Part shown: positions 9,472-20,864 of the stretch, piece by piece
Layout of the letters: every line of letters starts with the position of its first letter
Numbering within the stretch: position 1 is the first letter of the stretch
Origin: Myxococcota bacterium
GTDB lineage: Bacteria; Myxococcota_A; UBA9160; UBA6930
Direction of reading: 5' to 3'
Assembly (NCBI GenBank): GCA_965223705.1
Contig: OZ245015.1
Coordinates: forward strand, 1,664,001-1,728,000
Length of the DNA stretch: 64,000 nt
Translations under genes and position numbers: made by a program
The notes under the pieces: model-generated
Database searches by the model: none
Seen by the model: the letters and a program-made list of their open reading frames with translations, nothing else
Told to the model about the DNA's origin: nothing

Positions 9472-10368
9472 CTAGATGGCCTTGGTGATACGGAACCCGT
9501 CCGCGAACCGGAGCGCCGTTCCCTCACGCACGTCACGCAGGCGACGAGTCCAGATTTCATCCTCGAGTATCCGGATATCCGTCGTCGAGCCCCGCTCCTC
9601 GCTGAGGCCATAGTCAATCGCGATTCCCCCACGTTCCGTCAGGATATACCGAGCGTGGGCTCGTTCCCCTCGCGGCAGGCGATCCCAGCGCAGAATCTCT
9701 AGCTCGATCGACCCAGGCAGAACCGAAAGAAGGGCCTCTTCGCAGTCTTGCCGGAACTCTTCCTTGAGCCTGCGATCTGCCCTCGTGTGGAACTGGCAGA
9801 CCGTTAGATCTGCAGCCCGTGGCTCTACGATCCCCAGCAGGGCACAGAGAACTGCTACCCGGTCTGGAGCTTGGGGCTCAAAATACGGATCCACGAAATA
9901 GAGCTCGCGGCTGACTCGAAGTAGGCCCCCAGCACACTGAGCGATCGCCCTGGCCTCTCGCGGGACGACTGCGCCACGATCGACCTTCCAACGCCCATCC
10001 TCTGGATGCCAGTCGTCGGTGAGAACGCGACGAGAGCCAGCTGGGTTCGTGCTAGCGATGATCGCTCTGAAGGGCTGGCGCTTGTCCTCAGCAATGGCGT
10101 TACTGATCCACTCCTCTTCTTCGGACCACCGTTGACATGGGCGATCGACGAGCAGCGAACTAATGCGCTTCGCAATTTCTACCGCCCGTATCCGATCGAG
10201 CTCGCTCAGCCTGCTCAGATGCGGCTTGACGCATTCCTTCCAGTCATCGGGGAATCGCGCCACGAAACGACCGGCATCGGGACCAAAGGCGTCCCAGAAG
10301 TACCGGAACTCCTTTGGGTGCGACCAAACGGCCATCAGTTCAGGCTCGACTGCAAACTCGGAGTGCAT
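9472..10368 (-). CDS. Hypothetical protein with a putative PLD-like (DPY...HxR) nuclease domain
   Basis: FVDPYF and HARYILTERGGIAIDYGL motifs; starts 3 nt after the ATPase stop. Confidence 0.6.
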   Translation of the reverse strand: MHSEFAVEPELMAVWSHPKEFRYFWDAFGPDAGRFVARFPDDWKECVKPHLSRLSELDRIRAVEIAKRISSLLVDRPCQRWSEEEEWISNAIAEDKRQPFRAIIASTNPAGSRRVLTDDWHPEDGRWKVDRGAVVPREARAIAQCAGGLLRVSRELYFVDPYFEPQAPDRVAVLCALLGIVEPRAADLTVCQFHTRADRRLKEEFRQDCEEALLSVLPGSIELEILRWDRLPRGERAHARYILTERGGIAIDYGLSEERGSTTDIRILEDEIWTRRLRDVREGTALRFADGFRITKAI

Positions 10369-10371
10369 TGC

Positions 10372-11943
10372 TCAGAAGAGTTCCTTAACCCGCTCTTCGA
10401 AGAACCCTTGCGGCCAGCGATCGACGAATTCGCCGCGATCGCTGATGGCCAATGGCGTCACCCGGACCTCTCCCTCCTCCTGCTCTACAAATAAAACGGA
10501 AAGCTGATTCGCAGCCAGGCGGGGCCGACCCGGCTCGACCTCGCCCCGATGCGTCTCTTGGATTCTTCTTAGCAGTCGAAGCATCAAGTGCTCACTGTGC
10601 GTTTCAAGGATGCAAATGCCGCTTCGTGCCGTTGCTCTCCACGCGAACAAGTCCCCGAGCTCCACCTGAACGCTCGGATGAACGTGGAGTTCCGGCTGCT
10701 CTATCGCGATCACACGCGGGGAGGCTTCTCCGTCAGAATCAGTCGCTGCGACAATCACTGGAACAACCTGCGAAATTCCGATTCCAACATCCGTCGGAGC
10801 AACAGGCAACTGCCGCTCGAGATCAACCACAACGACGCGCCTGTGGGTAGGCAACCGATTCAGCGCTTCAGAGATCGCCTCAGCGTCATCGATCAGAGCA
10901 CGTGATCGAAGCGATGCCATAAGGAAGCTCTCGAGAGGGAGCTCTTTATACTCTTCAATTCGAACAGCGCTACCCGAGCCGATCCGATCCAGCCATCGGT
11001 TCACCTGCAAGACAAAAGTGTCGTCGGCTCCGATGAGCCGGTCCCAGGCAGCGAGTCCGGTGGACCACCTTGATATATCCGGCGTTAGCGGTGCTGAGTA
11101 TCCCCTCGGCGGCGTCTCGCGGATCGGCCCCAGGTACCGCAGCGAGGCCAGCTCCGAACGCAACATCCCGCCGAGGCCTGCGAAGAACGCCGTCAAGCGA
11201 TAGATCAGGCTCCCGCCTCTGTACGGCTCAACTACTTCAACTCCGTCGAAGTCCAGCCAAAGAGCATCATCCCAAAGGGGAACCGCAGACGAGTGCATCT
11301 CGGGACATTCGAACCGGTCAAACTCGGCGAGGTCATCATAGAACTCCTGAATGGCCTCATCAGTCTCCTCTGAACGAGAGTTTCCTACGACTCGATTCCA
11401 GTTGTACCGGAGAAGAGGATGCGAGAAGTTCAGGCCGCACAGATCGACCCTTTGTCCGTCTGCTGCGACACGTAGTTCGCCTACTGATTCACCGTTTACC
11501 TCGAGTGCAAATCCGGTGACTGTCGATCGCTCCAACCGGTCGTGCCAACCGATCGTCAGCTCTACACAGAACTCCTGGACCTGCTTGTAGAGCTCATTGT
11601 TGTAGTCTCGAAGCTCGACCCACCGATGAGGCTCGCGGGTTCGTTCAGGAATGTCATTGCCCTGCGGATCGACACAGAAGCGGATCACTACGTCCCGCTC
11701 CTCCTTCTCCCTCAGATGGACAAGACTCTCGAAACCTCCAAGATCCACAAAGGGGCCACCGACCTCAGTTGTGTCTGGATCAGAATTCCGATGCTCTAGA
11801 ATCTCTCGCGCGTAGTGCAGTGAGTGGAGCACCGAGCTCTTGCCGGCGCTGTTGGGGCCGAAGAGAAGCGTTAGCGGCTTGAGGTCGACGCGCGTCCGGC
11901 TCCCTACGCCCTTGAAATTCTCAATCTCAACCGCAACAAGCAT
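10372..11943 (-). CDS. ABC-type ATPase (AAA_15/AAA_21-like) with a DUF3696-like C-terminus
   Basis: Walker A GPNSAGKS, signature VGIGISQ, Walker B IEQPELHVHP, H-loop ETHSEH, C-terminal WPQGFFEE; ATG overlaps the hsdS stop. Confidence 0.88.
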   Translation of the reverse strand: MLVAVEIENFKGVGSRTRVDLKPLTLLFGPNSAGKSSVLHSLHYAREILEHRNSDPDTTEVGGPFVDLGGFESLVHLREKEERDVVIRFCVDPQGNDIPERTREPHRWVELRDYNNELYKQVQEFCVELTIGWHDRLERSTVTGFALEVNGESVGELRVAADGQRVDLCGLNFSHPLLRYNWNRVVGNSRSEETDEAIQEFYDDLAEFDRFECPEMHSSAVPLWDDALWLDFDGVEVVEPYRGGSLIYRLTAFFAGLGGMLRSELASLRYLGPIRETPPRGYSAPLTPDISRWSTGLAAWDRLIGADDTFVLQVNRWLDRIGSGSAVRIEEYKELPLESFLMASLRSRALIDDAEAISEALNRLPTHRRVVVVDLERQLPVAPTDVGIGISQVVPVIVAATDSDGEASPRVIAIEQPELHVHPSVQVELGDLFAWRATARSGICILETHSEHLMLRLLRRIQETHRGEVEPGRPRLAANQLSVLFVEQEEGEVRVTPLAISDRGEFVDRWPQGFFEERVKELF

Positions 11944-13127
11944 CAGAGCTTGTCCCGGAAGGCACGTTGAGAGAGACTTTCGAAGAGAGGTTCTTGGGCC
12001 GAATCCCGCAGCTGAGCTTCCAACGCCCGAACGGTTTCGATAGAACGACAGAACTGCTCCTGAACCTCTAACGGCGGAAGAACTATCGGTGTTCCTCGCA
12101 GCGAAGCGAGATCCAGACGCTTTGTGCCGTGAGCTGCAGTAGAGATGCGCGCCAGCAGGAACCCCGACATTGCCCTAAGCGTCCAGAGCAGAAACTCTGG
12201 CATTGCTCGATCGGATGGACGCACCGCCTTTAGATCCTGGTTGATCGTCAGGGGCGCACAAGACAAGGCAACTGGCATCGTATGCGCCAAGATCATCCCC
12301 CGGACAACAATCAGCACTGCACCGGGCGCAACAATTTGCACTCGTCCCTGGGCAACGGCCGCCTCACTGATATGGTCCTGCGCATCCTCCAGGTAGGCGC
12401 ACTTCATATCCTTTGGCGACACCCACGGAATCCGCCCACCCCAGAAACTCGGCTCCTGTTTCGATGGCGTAGCCCCGCTCGATATGCTGGTCTCATCTCC
12501 GATCGTTGAAGCTGGCCAGCCTCGATCGTTAGTCACAGGATCACCGAACAGCTCAGAGTAAATTGCGAGCGGGAGGTCTTCGCTGAGAGCGATGGCTTCG
12601 TGGTGTTTCCGGCGGATCGCATCAGCCTTATCAAGAAGAGACACAATCCGGTCCTGCTCCGGTCTTGGCGGCACTGGGACTTCGGTGCTGGCCACGCTCC
12701 TCGTGTTGAGGGTCATTCGCGTCGAACCTTTTGTCTGAGCTAACGAAGCTCGCTGACCGTCGGCCGAGTTGAGATAGCGGGCCAGGAACTCCGGAGTTAC
12801 GTCTCGAAGGCCCTTGATCGCTATCAGGCCAGCGCAGTTGGCTTGGCCAAGGTCTTCCGGGATCACAGCGGCGGTCCCCGACTTGCCGATCCTCACGACC
12901 ACTACGTCACCCGGGGATAGTTGAGATTTTCGCTCTGAAGCGTGGAATTCCCGCGAGACGAACTCCAAGTCCTCTAGCTCGAGCCCATTGGCCCTCACGT
13001 TCTTCCCCATCAGGAACGGGATCCCTTCGGGAACTCGATGCTCTTTGCTCGGGCCGACATGGCCTACGACCACTCGATCGCAAATATCAGCGATCTGCGC
13101 CGTCCGCCACGATTCGGGGGCCCTCAC
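11943..13127 (-). CDS. hsdS: Type I restriction-modification specificity subunit
   Basis: Two TRD halves each ending in PVPP/LPPL-EQ conserved helices; SGATPSK...IPWVSPKDM; follows hsdM. Confidence 0.93.
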   Translation of the reverse strand: MRAPESWRTAQIADICDRVVVGHVGPSKEHRVPEGIPFLMGKNVRANGLELEDLEFVSREFHASERKSQLSPGDVVVVRIGKSGTAAVIPEDLGQANCAGLIAIKGLRDVTPEFLARYLNSADGQRASLAQTKGSTRMTLNTRSVASTEVPVPPRPEQDRIVSLLDKADAIRRKHHEAIALSEDLPLAIYSELFGDPVTNDRGWPASTIGDETSISSGATPSKQEPSFWGGRIPWVSPKDMKCAYLEDAQDHISEAAVAQGRVQIVAPGAVLIVVRGMILAHTMPVALSCAPLTINQDLKAVRPSDRAMPEFLLWTLRAMSGFLLARISTAAHGTKRLDLASLRGTPIVLPPLEVQEQFCRSIETVRALEAQLRDSAQEPLFESLSQRAFRDKL

Positions 13128-14704
13128 GATCCAGTCTCGCTGTTCTTCGAGAGGAGTTCCCGGAGGCTATCGAGTTCACGAACGATGCCCGACTCCAGCG
13201 CGCGGATCTTACCGATGATCTGAATCGGAGTTTCGTAGTCCGGCTCTTCATAGACCGTCTCCCTGTATCGCGCGACGGAAAGATCGAAATCGTTCTTAGC
13301 GATCGTCGATCGATCAACAAAGAACGCCTTACCAGTGCGATCCGTATCCTTCTTTGGGTCGCGCTCGATCCAACGCTGGAGGCAATCCGGCAGGTCGTTT
13401 GCGTTGACAGGCTCCCGCTTGTCATCCAAAGAACGGCCATCAGCCTCCAAGTCATAGAAGAAGACATCGGCAGTCTTGCCGCCGCGCGTAAAAACCAAGA
13501 TCGCCGTCGACACACCGGCATAGGGCCTGAAGACGCCGGACGGGAGTGAGACCACCGCCTCGAGCTGATTCTCCTCAACTAGCAGCTTTCGGATTGCAAG
13601 ATGCGCCTTTGAGCTACCGAACAGGACCCCATCCGGCACCACCACGGCTGCGCGCCCACCGGGGTCTTTCAACATGCGGAGCGTAAGCGCCAGAAAGAGG
13701 AGCTCAGTCTTCTTCGTCTTGACCTTGCCAGTAAGGGTCGGATCAACATCCTCCGCGTCGAGGCTGCCCTTGAAGGGTGGGTTGGCCAGAATCACGTCAA
13801 AGTGATCGTCTGCGAGCTCCGGTCGATTCTCGCGGAAACCGCGACTAAGCGTATCCTGGTAGTAGATATGGGGATTCGAGACATCATGGAGCATCAGGTT
13901 CATCGCCGCGATGCGCAGCATGGTTACGTCGAAGTCGAAGCCGTAGAACATCCCCTTCTGGATGTGGTCACGGTAGGGCTCGAGGAGATCGCCCGTGTAC
14001 ACCATCTGAGGTTCGCCGTCGTCACCAAGAACAGACTCCCCCTCCTCATCCTCAGCTGGGAACTGGCCCTCCTCTGACGAGTAGTTTCTCAGTAGGTACT
14101 GCATCGTCTGGACAAGGAAACCGGCTGTTCCCGCCGCGGGATCGCCTACTATCTCGGTAGGCTTCGGATCCACCAGCGACACCATCAAGTCGATGATGTG
14201 TCGGGGGGTCCGAAACTGGCCGTTGATGCCCGCTGTTGTGAGCTTGCTGAGAAGGTACTCGTAGAGGTCGCCCTTTGTGTCGCCCTCCCCTAGCGGCAGC
14301 TCGTCGATCAGCTTGATGGCCGCGTAAAGCAGGCTCGGCTTCGAGATGATGAGCTGGGCGTCCTTCATGTACTCGCCGAGGCGATTCTGTTTCTCCGCGA
14401 CGGCCCGGATGTGCGGGAAGAGCTCGTCGCGGACGACGGCGAGCATGCGCTCGGCGTCCCCGTCGTGCTTGAGCTTTGACCAGCGCAGGCGCTGAGTGTC
14501 CGGGCCGAAGAGATGGCCGGGGAACGGTTCGCCTCGGTTCTTGCGCGTGAAGACTCGCTCGTCGCGCGTCTCCCGGATGTCGAGCAGGCGGGCGAACATC
14601 AGGAAGGAGATCTGCTCAATGACCGTGAGCGGGTTGGTGATGCCCCCCGTCCAGAACTGCTCCCAGAGTTTGTCGATCTGACTGCGTAGCTTGCCGGTGA
14701 TCAT
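13124..14704 (-). CDS. hsdM: Type I restriction-modification N6-adenine methyltransferase
   Basis: [36 protein letters not shown]. Confidence 0.97.
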   Translation of the reverse strand: MITGKLRSQIDKLWEQFWTGGITNPLTVIEQISFLMFARLLDIRETRDERVFTRKNRGEPFPGHLFGPDTQRLRWSKLKHDGDAERMLAVVRDELFPHIRAVAEKQNRLGEYMKDAQLIISKPSLLYAAIKLIDELPLGEGDTKGDLYEYLLSKLTTAGINGQFRTPRHIIDLMVSLVDPKPTEIVGDPAAGTAGFLVQTMQYLLRNYSSEEGQFPAEDEEGESVLGDDGEPQMVYTGDLLEPYRDHIQKGMFYGFDFDVTMLRIAAMNLMLHDVSNPHIYYQDTLSRGFRENRPELADDHFDVILANPPFKGSLDAEDVDPTLTGKVKTKKTELLFLALTLRMLKDPGGRAAVVVPDGVLFGSSKAHLAIRKLLVEENQLEAVVSLPSGVFRPYAGVSTAILVFTRGGKTADVFFYDLEADGRSLDDKREPVNANDLPDCLQRWIERDPKKDTDRTGKAFFVDRSTIAKNDFDLSVARYRETVYEEPDYETPIQIIGKIRALESGIVRELDSLRELLSKNSETGS

Positions 14705-17700
14705 GAGTACATGCCCTCGGGACCGGGTTCGGTCGGGGTGGGTTCGGGGTTCGCGCCGGGCTCCGGGCTCTCGAAGCTGGCGATGAGACCGAGCAGCTGG
14801 TCGATCTGGGCCTCGTCGCCGAAGAGCCCGTCGATTCCGTCGGGGTCGAGCGACGTGAACGGCGGCTCGTAGAGCCGCTCGAGCTCGATCGCCCCCGCGC
14901 TCGCGATAAGGCTCTTGAGCAAGCTCAGGAAGCGCACTTGCCGGGCATTCAGCGCAGGGTGCTGATGGACAAAGGCTTCGAAGCGCTTCTCGACAGCCTC
15001 ACCGTCGAGCCCAATCACGCGGCGAATCGCCAGATCGAGGTGCCCTGCGGTCTTCGGGTAAAGCTGCTCGAGCTTGGCGAGGTCGACGTCGGGGTTCTGG
15101 GTGAGGACGAGGCTCACGAGTTCGTCCAGGTCCTGCCGGCCGACGGGGCGGCCGGCCTTGATCTTCCGCAACGTCTCGTTGCTGGCCAGAAGGTCGCGCA
15201 GTACCTGTTCGACCCGCTTGCGCCAGCCCACCAGGTCGAGGCCCTCTATCTTGACTGTGTGCTCGCCCTCGCGCACGAGCATCGGGTCTTCGGCCACGTC
15301 TACCACGTGGGCATAATCGGCGGGGCTGACCAGGCGCTCGCGGTACTTCATGATGGCCCGCAGCTCGCGCCGGACTTCCTCGAGCGCCGCGAAGTTCGGA
15401 GCGTCCCAGAATTCGACACCTTTCACCTGTGCGATCGCATCTGCCTTGGCCTTGACCTGGGCGAGGTTCATCTTGAGCTGGGAGAGGGCATTCAGAAGGT
15501 CGCCCTTCAGATCCTGAAATTCGCTCGCCTCAGCGATTCGAGCCCGCTGGAGGCGGGTCATCAAGAGATCGAACTCGTGGGCTTCCACATGGCCGCGGAT
15601 GTCCCGCTCCTTCATGAGGGGCGCTACCTCTTGGAGCAGGGCCGCCTTGGTGGCCGGGTCGAACTGCTTCAGGATCTGGGTGTCGCCCACTTTCTTCAGC
15701 GTCCGCCAGGCGTCACGCACGGCGATCGTCCCTGAGTCCTCGAGACTTGCTATGTCCTGCCGTAGCAGTTCAACCACCAACTCGAATGTAGGTAGCTCGG
15801 GTTTACGGAGCGCGGCTTCGGCGAGCTCCACGCGGTTCTCAAACAGCTGATGGAGGAGCGACTTGCGAGGCGAGGGCGTTGGTTCGACGTAGGTCTGGCC
15901 GAAGAACTCGAAGTTGCCCCAGTGATCGAAGACCAGAAACTCCTTCTTGTGCTCGCCGTAGCCAAAGAGATTCTCGCACTTGCGAGTGCCGCGACCGATC
16001 ATCTGCCAGAACTTGACATAGGACTTCACGGGTTTGGCGAACACAAGGTTTACGACCTCCGGGACGTCGATGCCTGTGTCGAGCATGTCGACCGAGATGG
16101 CGATCTGGATGTCGTTGTGCTGGCCCTGTCCCTTGAAATCGTCAATTAGTTGCTCTGCACGCGGATCGTAGTTGTCGATGACCGTGCAGAAGCTGCCTCC
16201 GTAGTGCGGGTAGAGTTCGTCGAAAAGCTCCTTCAGAAGGACGGCGTGGCGGTGGCTGCGCGCGAAGACGATCGACTTCCCTGGCACCTGGCCGCTTACG
16301 TCGCGGATGCCGTTATTGATCAGGTTGCGCAGCATCTCGCGGTTCGTGTCCTTGTTGAAGATGAAGCGGTCGAGTTCGGCGGCCTCGTAGTCAAAGCTCT
16401 CAGCATTCGAAATCTGTTTTTCGAGCTGTGCCCGCTGCGCCTCATTCATCTGTGCCCACTTCATTCCCTTGCGCTGGAAGCCGGTTTGAAATGTGCGAAC
16501 GTGAAGCGGGACGAGGACCCCGTCATCAATGGCGCGGTCCAACGGATACGAGGCCGTCGGGTCTTGGTCCTCGCAGCCGAAGAGATCGTAGGTGTTGCGA
16601 TCGATGAAGCGCACCGGCGTCGCCGTGAGCCCGACTTGGAGCGCGTCGAAGTAGTCGAAGAGATCCTTGTAGCGGTTGTAGATGCTGCGGTGAGATTCGT
16701 CCGCGATCACCAGATCGAAAAAGCCCACGTCGAAGCTCTCGAAGCAACTCTTCATCGCCGGATAGGTGGCGAAGTAGATTTGGTGCTCCCGCTCCTGGGC
16801 AGTTTTGGCCGTCACCGCAACTCGCTTGGCGTTCGGGAGGAGCTGCTTGAAGGCGTTCAATGCCTGCTTGCGGAGCTCGCGCCGGTCGCATAGGAAGAGA
16901 ATGCGTTTAGCGCGATTGGCTCGAAGGAGCACGTCAGCGAGCGAGATGGCCACTCGGGTCTTGCCAGTGCCCGTTGCCTGGACGATCAGCGCCTTCCGGC
17001 GCCCCTGGTCGAAGCGCTCGCCCACACGCTTCACGGCCTCCACCTGGTAGAGGCGGCCGGCGATCTCGTCGCTGATCGGCACTTCCTCGAGTCGGGCCCG
17101 CTCGCCGCGCTGGAAGTGGAGATAGGCGAGGCTGTCCTTTGAGTAGAAGCCGTACAGCTTGCGATCGACCTCGTTCTGGGCGTCATCCCAGAGGTAGAGG
17201 TCGAAGCCGTTGGTGTAGAAGATGACCGGGCGCTGTCCGTACATCCGCTCGAGGCCGTCGGCGTAGAGCCGGGCTTGGTACCGGCCCTGGACGGCCTCGA
17301 TTGAGGTCTTTTTTACCTCAACGACAGCCAGCGGCTTTTCCGCATCGTCCCAGAGCACATAGTCCGCCCGACCCTTGCCGCTCTCCGTCGGCTGGTAGTC
17401 GACCTCGACCTCTTGGCCCACCTGGGCCGTGTTCTTACCCGCTTCCCCAACCACCCATCCAGCGGAAACCAGCATGGTTTCGACGAGGAACTTCCTGGTG
17501 TCGGACTCATTAAAGGAGAGCTCGCTCGCGGCCCGCTGACCGGACTCGACAATGATCTGAAGCTCTTGTGCGGTCTTCTCTGCGTCCTCGGCCTTCGCAC
17601 GCGCAGCGTCCAGCTCCGTCAGGATTCTCTCCATCTGCGCTTCCTGGGCGGCGAGCTTCTCAAGCGCAGCCGTTTTCTCTCGCTTAAGCTCGGCCTTGGT

Positions 17701-18207
17701 CACGCCAGCCGCGCCCCCCGACGGGGGCAGTGTGAACTTCGGGCAATCGCTCTGCGCACCCTTGTCCACCGCCATGTGGAGCCAGCTGCCGAGGTGATAG
17801 ACCTCGCTTAGCGCCCGGCGCGCCATATCGAAGTTGACGGCGCCGCCGTGGGCCGCCTTGTTCCCAAGTTTCCGGACAGCGTGAATCTTGGTCAGCACCA
17901 CCTGGGGCACCGAGTCCTTGAAGGGCTGACCGTCGAGGAGCGTGAAGAAGTCAGCGTCATAGGGCTGAGAGAGACCCAGCACCACGTAGAGGTCGTTCGT
18001 CATCGCCTCTGCGAAAGTGCGGAGCTTGATCAGCGCGCTCGCCGGGTCGGGGTGCAGGTATTGCTCGGCGAAGCCACCGAGATCAGCCAGGTAGGTGCGC
18101 TTGTTGCGGAGGAACTCGAAATTGACGGATTTCACCACGGCGGCTTTCTCCCGGAGATCCGCGAGGTCCCCAAACGGGCCAGCTGTGTGCGTTTCCTCGG
18201 CTGACAT
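14701..18207 (-). CDS. hsdR: Type I restriction endonuclease R subunit (EcoAI/EcoEI-like, DUF4145-like N-terminus)
   Basis: Nuclease ADYVL...VEVKK; Walker [36 protein letters not shown] before ATG 18207. Confidence 0.96.
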   Translation of the reverse strand: MSAEETHTAGPFGDLADLREKAAVVKSVNFEFLRNKRTYLADLGGFAEQYLHPDPASALIKLRTFAEAMTNDLYVVLGLSQPYDADFFTLLDGQPFKDSVPQVVLTKIHAVRKLGNKAAHGGAVNFDMARRALSEVYHLGSWLHMAVDKGAQSDCPKFTLPPSGGAAGVTKAELKREKTAALEKLAAQEAQMERILTELDAARAKAEDAEKTAQELQIIVESGQRAASELSFNESDTRKFLVETMLVSAGWVVGEAGKNTAQVGQEVEVDYQPTESGKGRADYVLWDDAEKPLAVVEVKKTSIEAVQGRYQARLYADGLERMYGQRPVIFYTNGFDLYLWDDAQNEVDRKLYGFYSKDSLAYLHFQRGERARLEEVPISDEIAGRLYQVEAVKRVGERFDQGRRKALIVQATGTGKTRVAISLADVLLRANRAKRILFLCDRRELRKQALNAFKQLLPNAKRVAVTAKTAQEREHQIYFATYPAMKSCFESFDVGFFDLVIADESHRSIYNRYKDLFDYFDALQVGLTATPVRFIDRNTYDLFGCEDQDPTASYPLDRAIDDGVLVPLHVRTFQTGFQRKGMKWAQMNEAQRAQLEKQISNAESFDYEAAELDRFIFNKDTNREMLRNLINNGIRDVSGQVPGKSIVFARSHRHAVLLKELFDELYPHYGGSFCTVIDNYDPRAEQLIDDFKGQGQHNDIQIAISVDMLDTGIDVPEVVNLVFAKPVKSYVKFWQMIGRGTRKCENLFGYGEHKKEFLVFDHWGNFEFFGQTYVEPTPSPRKSLLHQLFENRVELAEAALRKPELPTFELVVELLRQDIASLEDSGTIAVRDAWRTLKKVGDTQILKQFDPATKAALLQEVAPLMKERDIRGHVEAHEFDLLMTRLQRARIAEASEFQDLKGDLLNALSQLKMNLAQVKAKADAIAQVKGVEFWDAPNFAALEEVRRELRAIMKYRERLVSPADYAHVVDVAEDPMLVREGEHTVKIEGLDLVGWRKRVEQVLRDLLASNETLRKIKAGRPVGRQDLDELVSLVLTQNPDVDLAKLEQLYPKTAGHLDLAIRRVIGLDGEAVEKRFEAFVHQHPALNARQVRFLSLLKSLIASAGAIELERLYEPPFTSLDPDGIDGLFGDEAQIDQLLGLIASFESPEPGANPEPTPTEPGPEGMYS

Positions 18208-18258
18208 TTGCACTCTCCCACAGCGCATGGAGCCATACCCCCGTCGGTCGAGTGTTTG

Positions 18259-18274
18259 AGCAAGGCGCGTGCCA
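18259..18274 (-). promoter_or_regulatory. sigma54 (-24/-12) promoter for the hsdRMS operon
   Basis: Minus strand TGGCAC-GCGCC-TTGCT, directly after the activator stop codon and ~50 nt before hsdR. Confidence 0.85.
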
Positions 18275-19798
18275 TCATCGCGTCCCGGCTTTCTTGGGGG
18301 CGTTAACGCCGTATTTTCCCATCCAGTTCGTGAGGGTTTGGTAGCTAGGCAGCCCTACCAGCTCGGCCGCCTTCGTCTTATTCCCATCAGCCTCGCCGAG
18401 GGCCCGCTCAAGGTAGTGCTTGGCCAATTCTGCCATCAAATCAGGTAGTTGCAGCTCTTTTCCAAGCGGGCGACCGAGAAGGTCCGTAGTCTTGCCCTGA
18501 ATCGGTTGGAGGAGCTCCTCGCGGACGTCCTCCACCCCAATTTTGGCACCGGGCGTCCAGAGCACGAGCCGATCCATGGTGGCCTGCATCTCGCGGACGT
18601 TCCCAGACCATTCGTGTCGAAGCAGAAGATTTCTTGCTTGAGGAGAAAGGGTCTTCTGCTCAAAAGTGGGTTGGTCGGCAAACTTCTCGTTGGCAGCGGC
18701 AAGAAAGTGGTCGAGGAGTGGAGTTAGGTCGCCCTGACGCTCCCGCAGAGGGGGCAATCGGATGACGCCGGACGCCAGCCGGAAGTAGAGGTCCTCCCGG
18801 AAGGTGCCCCCTGCCACTTCAGCCCTCAGCTTGCGGTTGGTGGCGGCGATGATTCGAACGTCAACCTTCACGGGGTTACTGCCGCCAACTCGCCGGATCT
18901 CCCGTTCCTGGAGTGCACGCAGGATCTTCGCCTGGGCCGCGAGCGGGAGCTCGCCGATCTCGTCCAGAAATAGTGTCCCGCCAGCCGCGGCCTCGAAGTG
19001 ACCAACGTGGCGTTTGTCGGCGCCGGAGAACGCGCCTTTCTCGTGACCGAACAGTAGAGACTCGACTAGGCCCTCTGGCAGCGCCCCACAGTTCACGTCT
19101 TCGAATGGCTTCTCAGAGCGGCGGCTGGCCGCGTGGATTGCCCGAGCGAAAAGTTCCTTGCCCGTGCCCGATTCACCCTCGATGAGGACGGTCGTATCGT
19201 GAGGCGCGACTCGTCGGGCTCGAGCAATCGCGCGGCTGAGCGCCGGACTGCGTCCGACGATCTGGGCGAACTCGGGGGCCTCTGGGGGTAGGCCCGCGGT
19301 CAGGCGTTCGAGTTTCTCGTCCGTGCGGCGAAGGGCGCGCGGAACGTACTCGGCTGCGAGGTCGAACGGGAATGCGACGCCGCGCACGCCACGCTCAACG
19401 CTCGACTGGATCAGCTCCGCAGGGAATCGCGTCTTCGCGAGCAGAATCCAAGCCGCCTGCATCGACGGGGTGCCCGGGCTGATGTGGGCCGCTAAGTCTG
19501 CTTCTTTACCGAACTCCGCGTGTGTGAACTCGATCGCCCGCTCTACGGCCGCGACGATCTCGTGGAAGTCCGTCGGGTCGTCGAGTGTTTCGATTCTCAG
19601 GTGGATCGGAGACCCGCCCCGATCTTCCAGCCATTCTGAGTACTCGCGACTCTCGCCCTCGTCGTAGTTCGACAAGAGGACAACTGCATCGAAGGTTCGA
19701 GCGTCGAGTACGCTCGCCGTCGGGCCCGCGCCCGGCCTCTTGCCCGTGGAGCAGTCGAGATCGGTCCGGCCGAGCCATGCGAGGAGGATCTTCGGCAC
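18275..19798 (-). CDS. sigma54-dependent activator with an N-terminal RtcR-like CARF domain
   Basis: N-terminal ILLAWLGRTD...DPTDF...HISPGTP; AAA+ GESGTGKE, GAFSGA, LFLDEIG, FREDLYFRL, WSGNVRE; C-terminal Fis-type HTH (GNKTKAAELVGL). GTG 19798 is the preferred start; the ORF is open to 19846. Confidence 0.9.
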   Translation of the reverse strand: MPKILLAWLGRTDLDCSTGKRPGAGPTASVLDARTFDAVVLLSNYDEGESREYSEWLEDRGGSPIHLRIETLDDPTDFHEIVAAVERAIEFTHAEFGKEADLAAHISPGTPSMQAAWILLAKTRFPAELIQSSVERGVRGVAFPFDLAAEYVPRALRRTDEKLERLTAGLPPEAPEFAQIVGRSPALSRAIARARRVAPHDTTVLIEGESGTGKELFARAIHAASRRSEKPFEDVNCGALPEGLVESLLFGHEKGAFSGADKRHVGHFEAAAGGTLFLDEIGELPLAAQAKILRALQEREIRRVGGSNPVKVDVRIIAATNRKLRAEVAGGTFREDLYFRLASGVIRLPPLRERQGDLTPLLDHFLAAANEKFADQPTFEQKTLSPQARNLLLRHEWSGNVREMQATMDRLVLWTPGAKIGVEDVREELLQPIQGKTTDLLGRPLGKELQLPDLMAELAKHYLERALGEADGNKTKAAELVGLPSYQTLTNWMGKYGVNAPKKAGTR

Positions 19799-20181
19799 AG
19801 TCGAAGCATAAGAAAATTTGCGCTCGGCTCCACTTTCGTACCTCAACCAGCAGGGCCGGCACGAGCCGGGCTGGCAACACGCAAGAATGGCGCGCTGCGC
19901 TTGGTCAACACGAGCCCGGCCCTCCCGGGAGAGCGACGCGGGTACGCGCCTCTCGGTAGTTCGCGAGACCGCCTCGCCCCGAGCATGGAAGCCGGATCTT
20001 CCCAGCTCCAGCAGCGACGACCTCGTCCCTGGGACTGTACTTGCCGCCTGTTTTCAATCCGTTGCGAACTCTGACGACAATCGCGATTTCCACGACATGA
20101 ATGGTGAGAATCCGGCAAGGGTTTCGCACCGGTGGCGATTCTCTTGGCTGGGAGACGCCGCAGGCGGGACACTCAGGCCGA

Positions 20182-20855
20182 ATGCCGCTCCGAAACATCT
20201 TCGATCAATACGACCAGAACGAAAACCGCCTTACGCACGCGCTGTGCTGTGCTCTTGTTGAGGACGACAGCTCCTTCGCGCGTTTCTGCTGGACTTCGCA
20301 GATCGAAGGGTGTCAACGCGCGTCGATCTCGAAGTCGAAGAGCAGTCAATCCCTGGGGAGGTCGCGCCACCGGGTGACGAAGAAGATCAGCGGCGCGGCC
20401 TACCCGACGCTTGGATCCACTCGAACCATGACTGGGCCGTGCTCGTAGAGAGTAAGGTCACCGCACCCGTCGAGGTCGATCAACTTCGACATCACCACAA
20501 CATGGCTCGCCGTCAGGCTACCAAGAGGGCACCTGGTGCCGCACCTTGGTTTATCGGACTACAGCGTCGCTATCCAAGCCAGCACTCTGTCCCAATCGTC
20601 GACGCACGGTTTGAATTCGATCTGCGAACGCTGGTCCGCGATCATGAGAGTTCCGTCAAGACCCAGCCGATCTTTCTTCAGGCCGCCTACTCGGCAATAC
20701 AGAATCGCGCACCGAACTTTCAGGCTGGGGTCGGACTCAAATTGTCTTATCGATACTGCCCAGCCACATCCTCGCCCGAAGCGTTAGGGCTCGTTGCGGA
20801 TGCTTGGCTCGCATGTAGGCCACTCATCGATCTGCTCCTGAACCCTGAGAAGTAG
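20182..20855 (+). pseudogene. Frameshifted PD-(D/E)xK-like nuclease gene
   Basis: MPLRNIFDQYDQNENRLTHAL in one frame continues as LLRAFLLDF...GLPDAWI...LVESKV in another; consistent with a 1-nt loss near 20270. Confidence 0.62.
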
Positions 20856-20864
20856 GATTTGCGT

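Noticed and set aside
18275..19846. Calling the activator rtcR of an RNA-repair operon
   Set aside because: No rtcA/rtcB in the window; only the domain architecture is shared.
19850..20180. Structured ncRNA or retron msr-msd in the intergenic gap
   Set aside because: Only short GC-rich inverted repeats, expected by chance, and no reverse transcriptase in the window.
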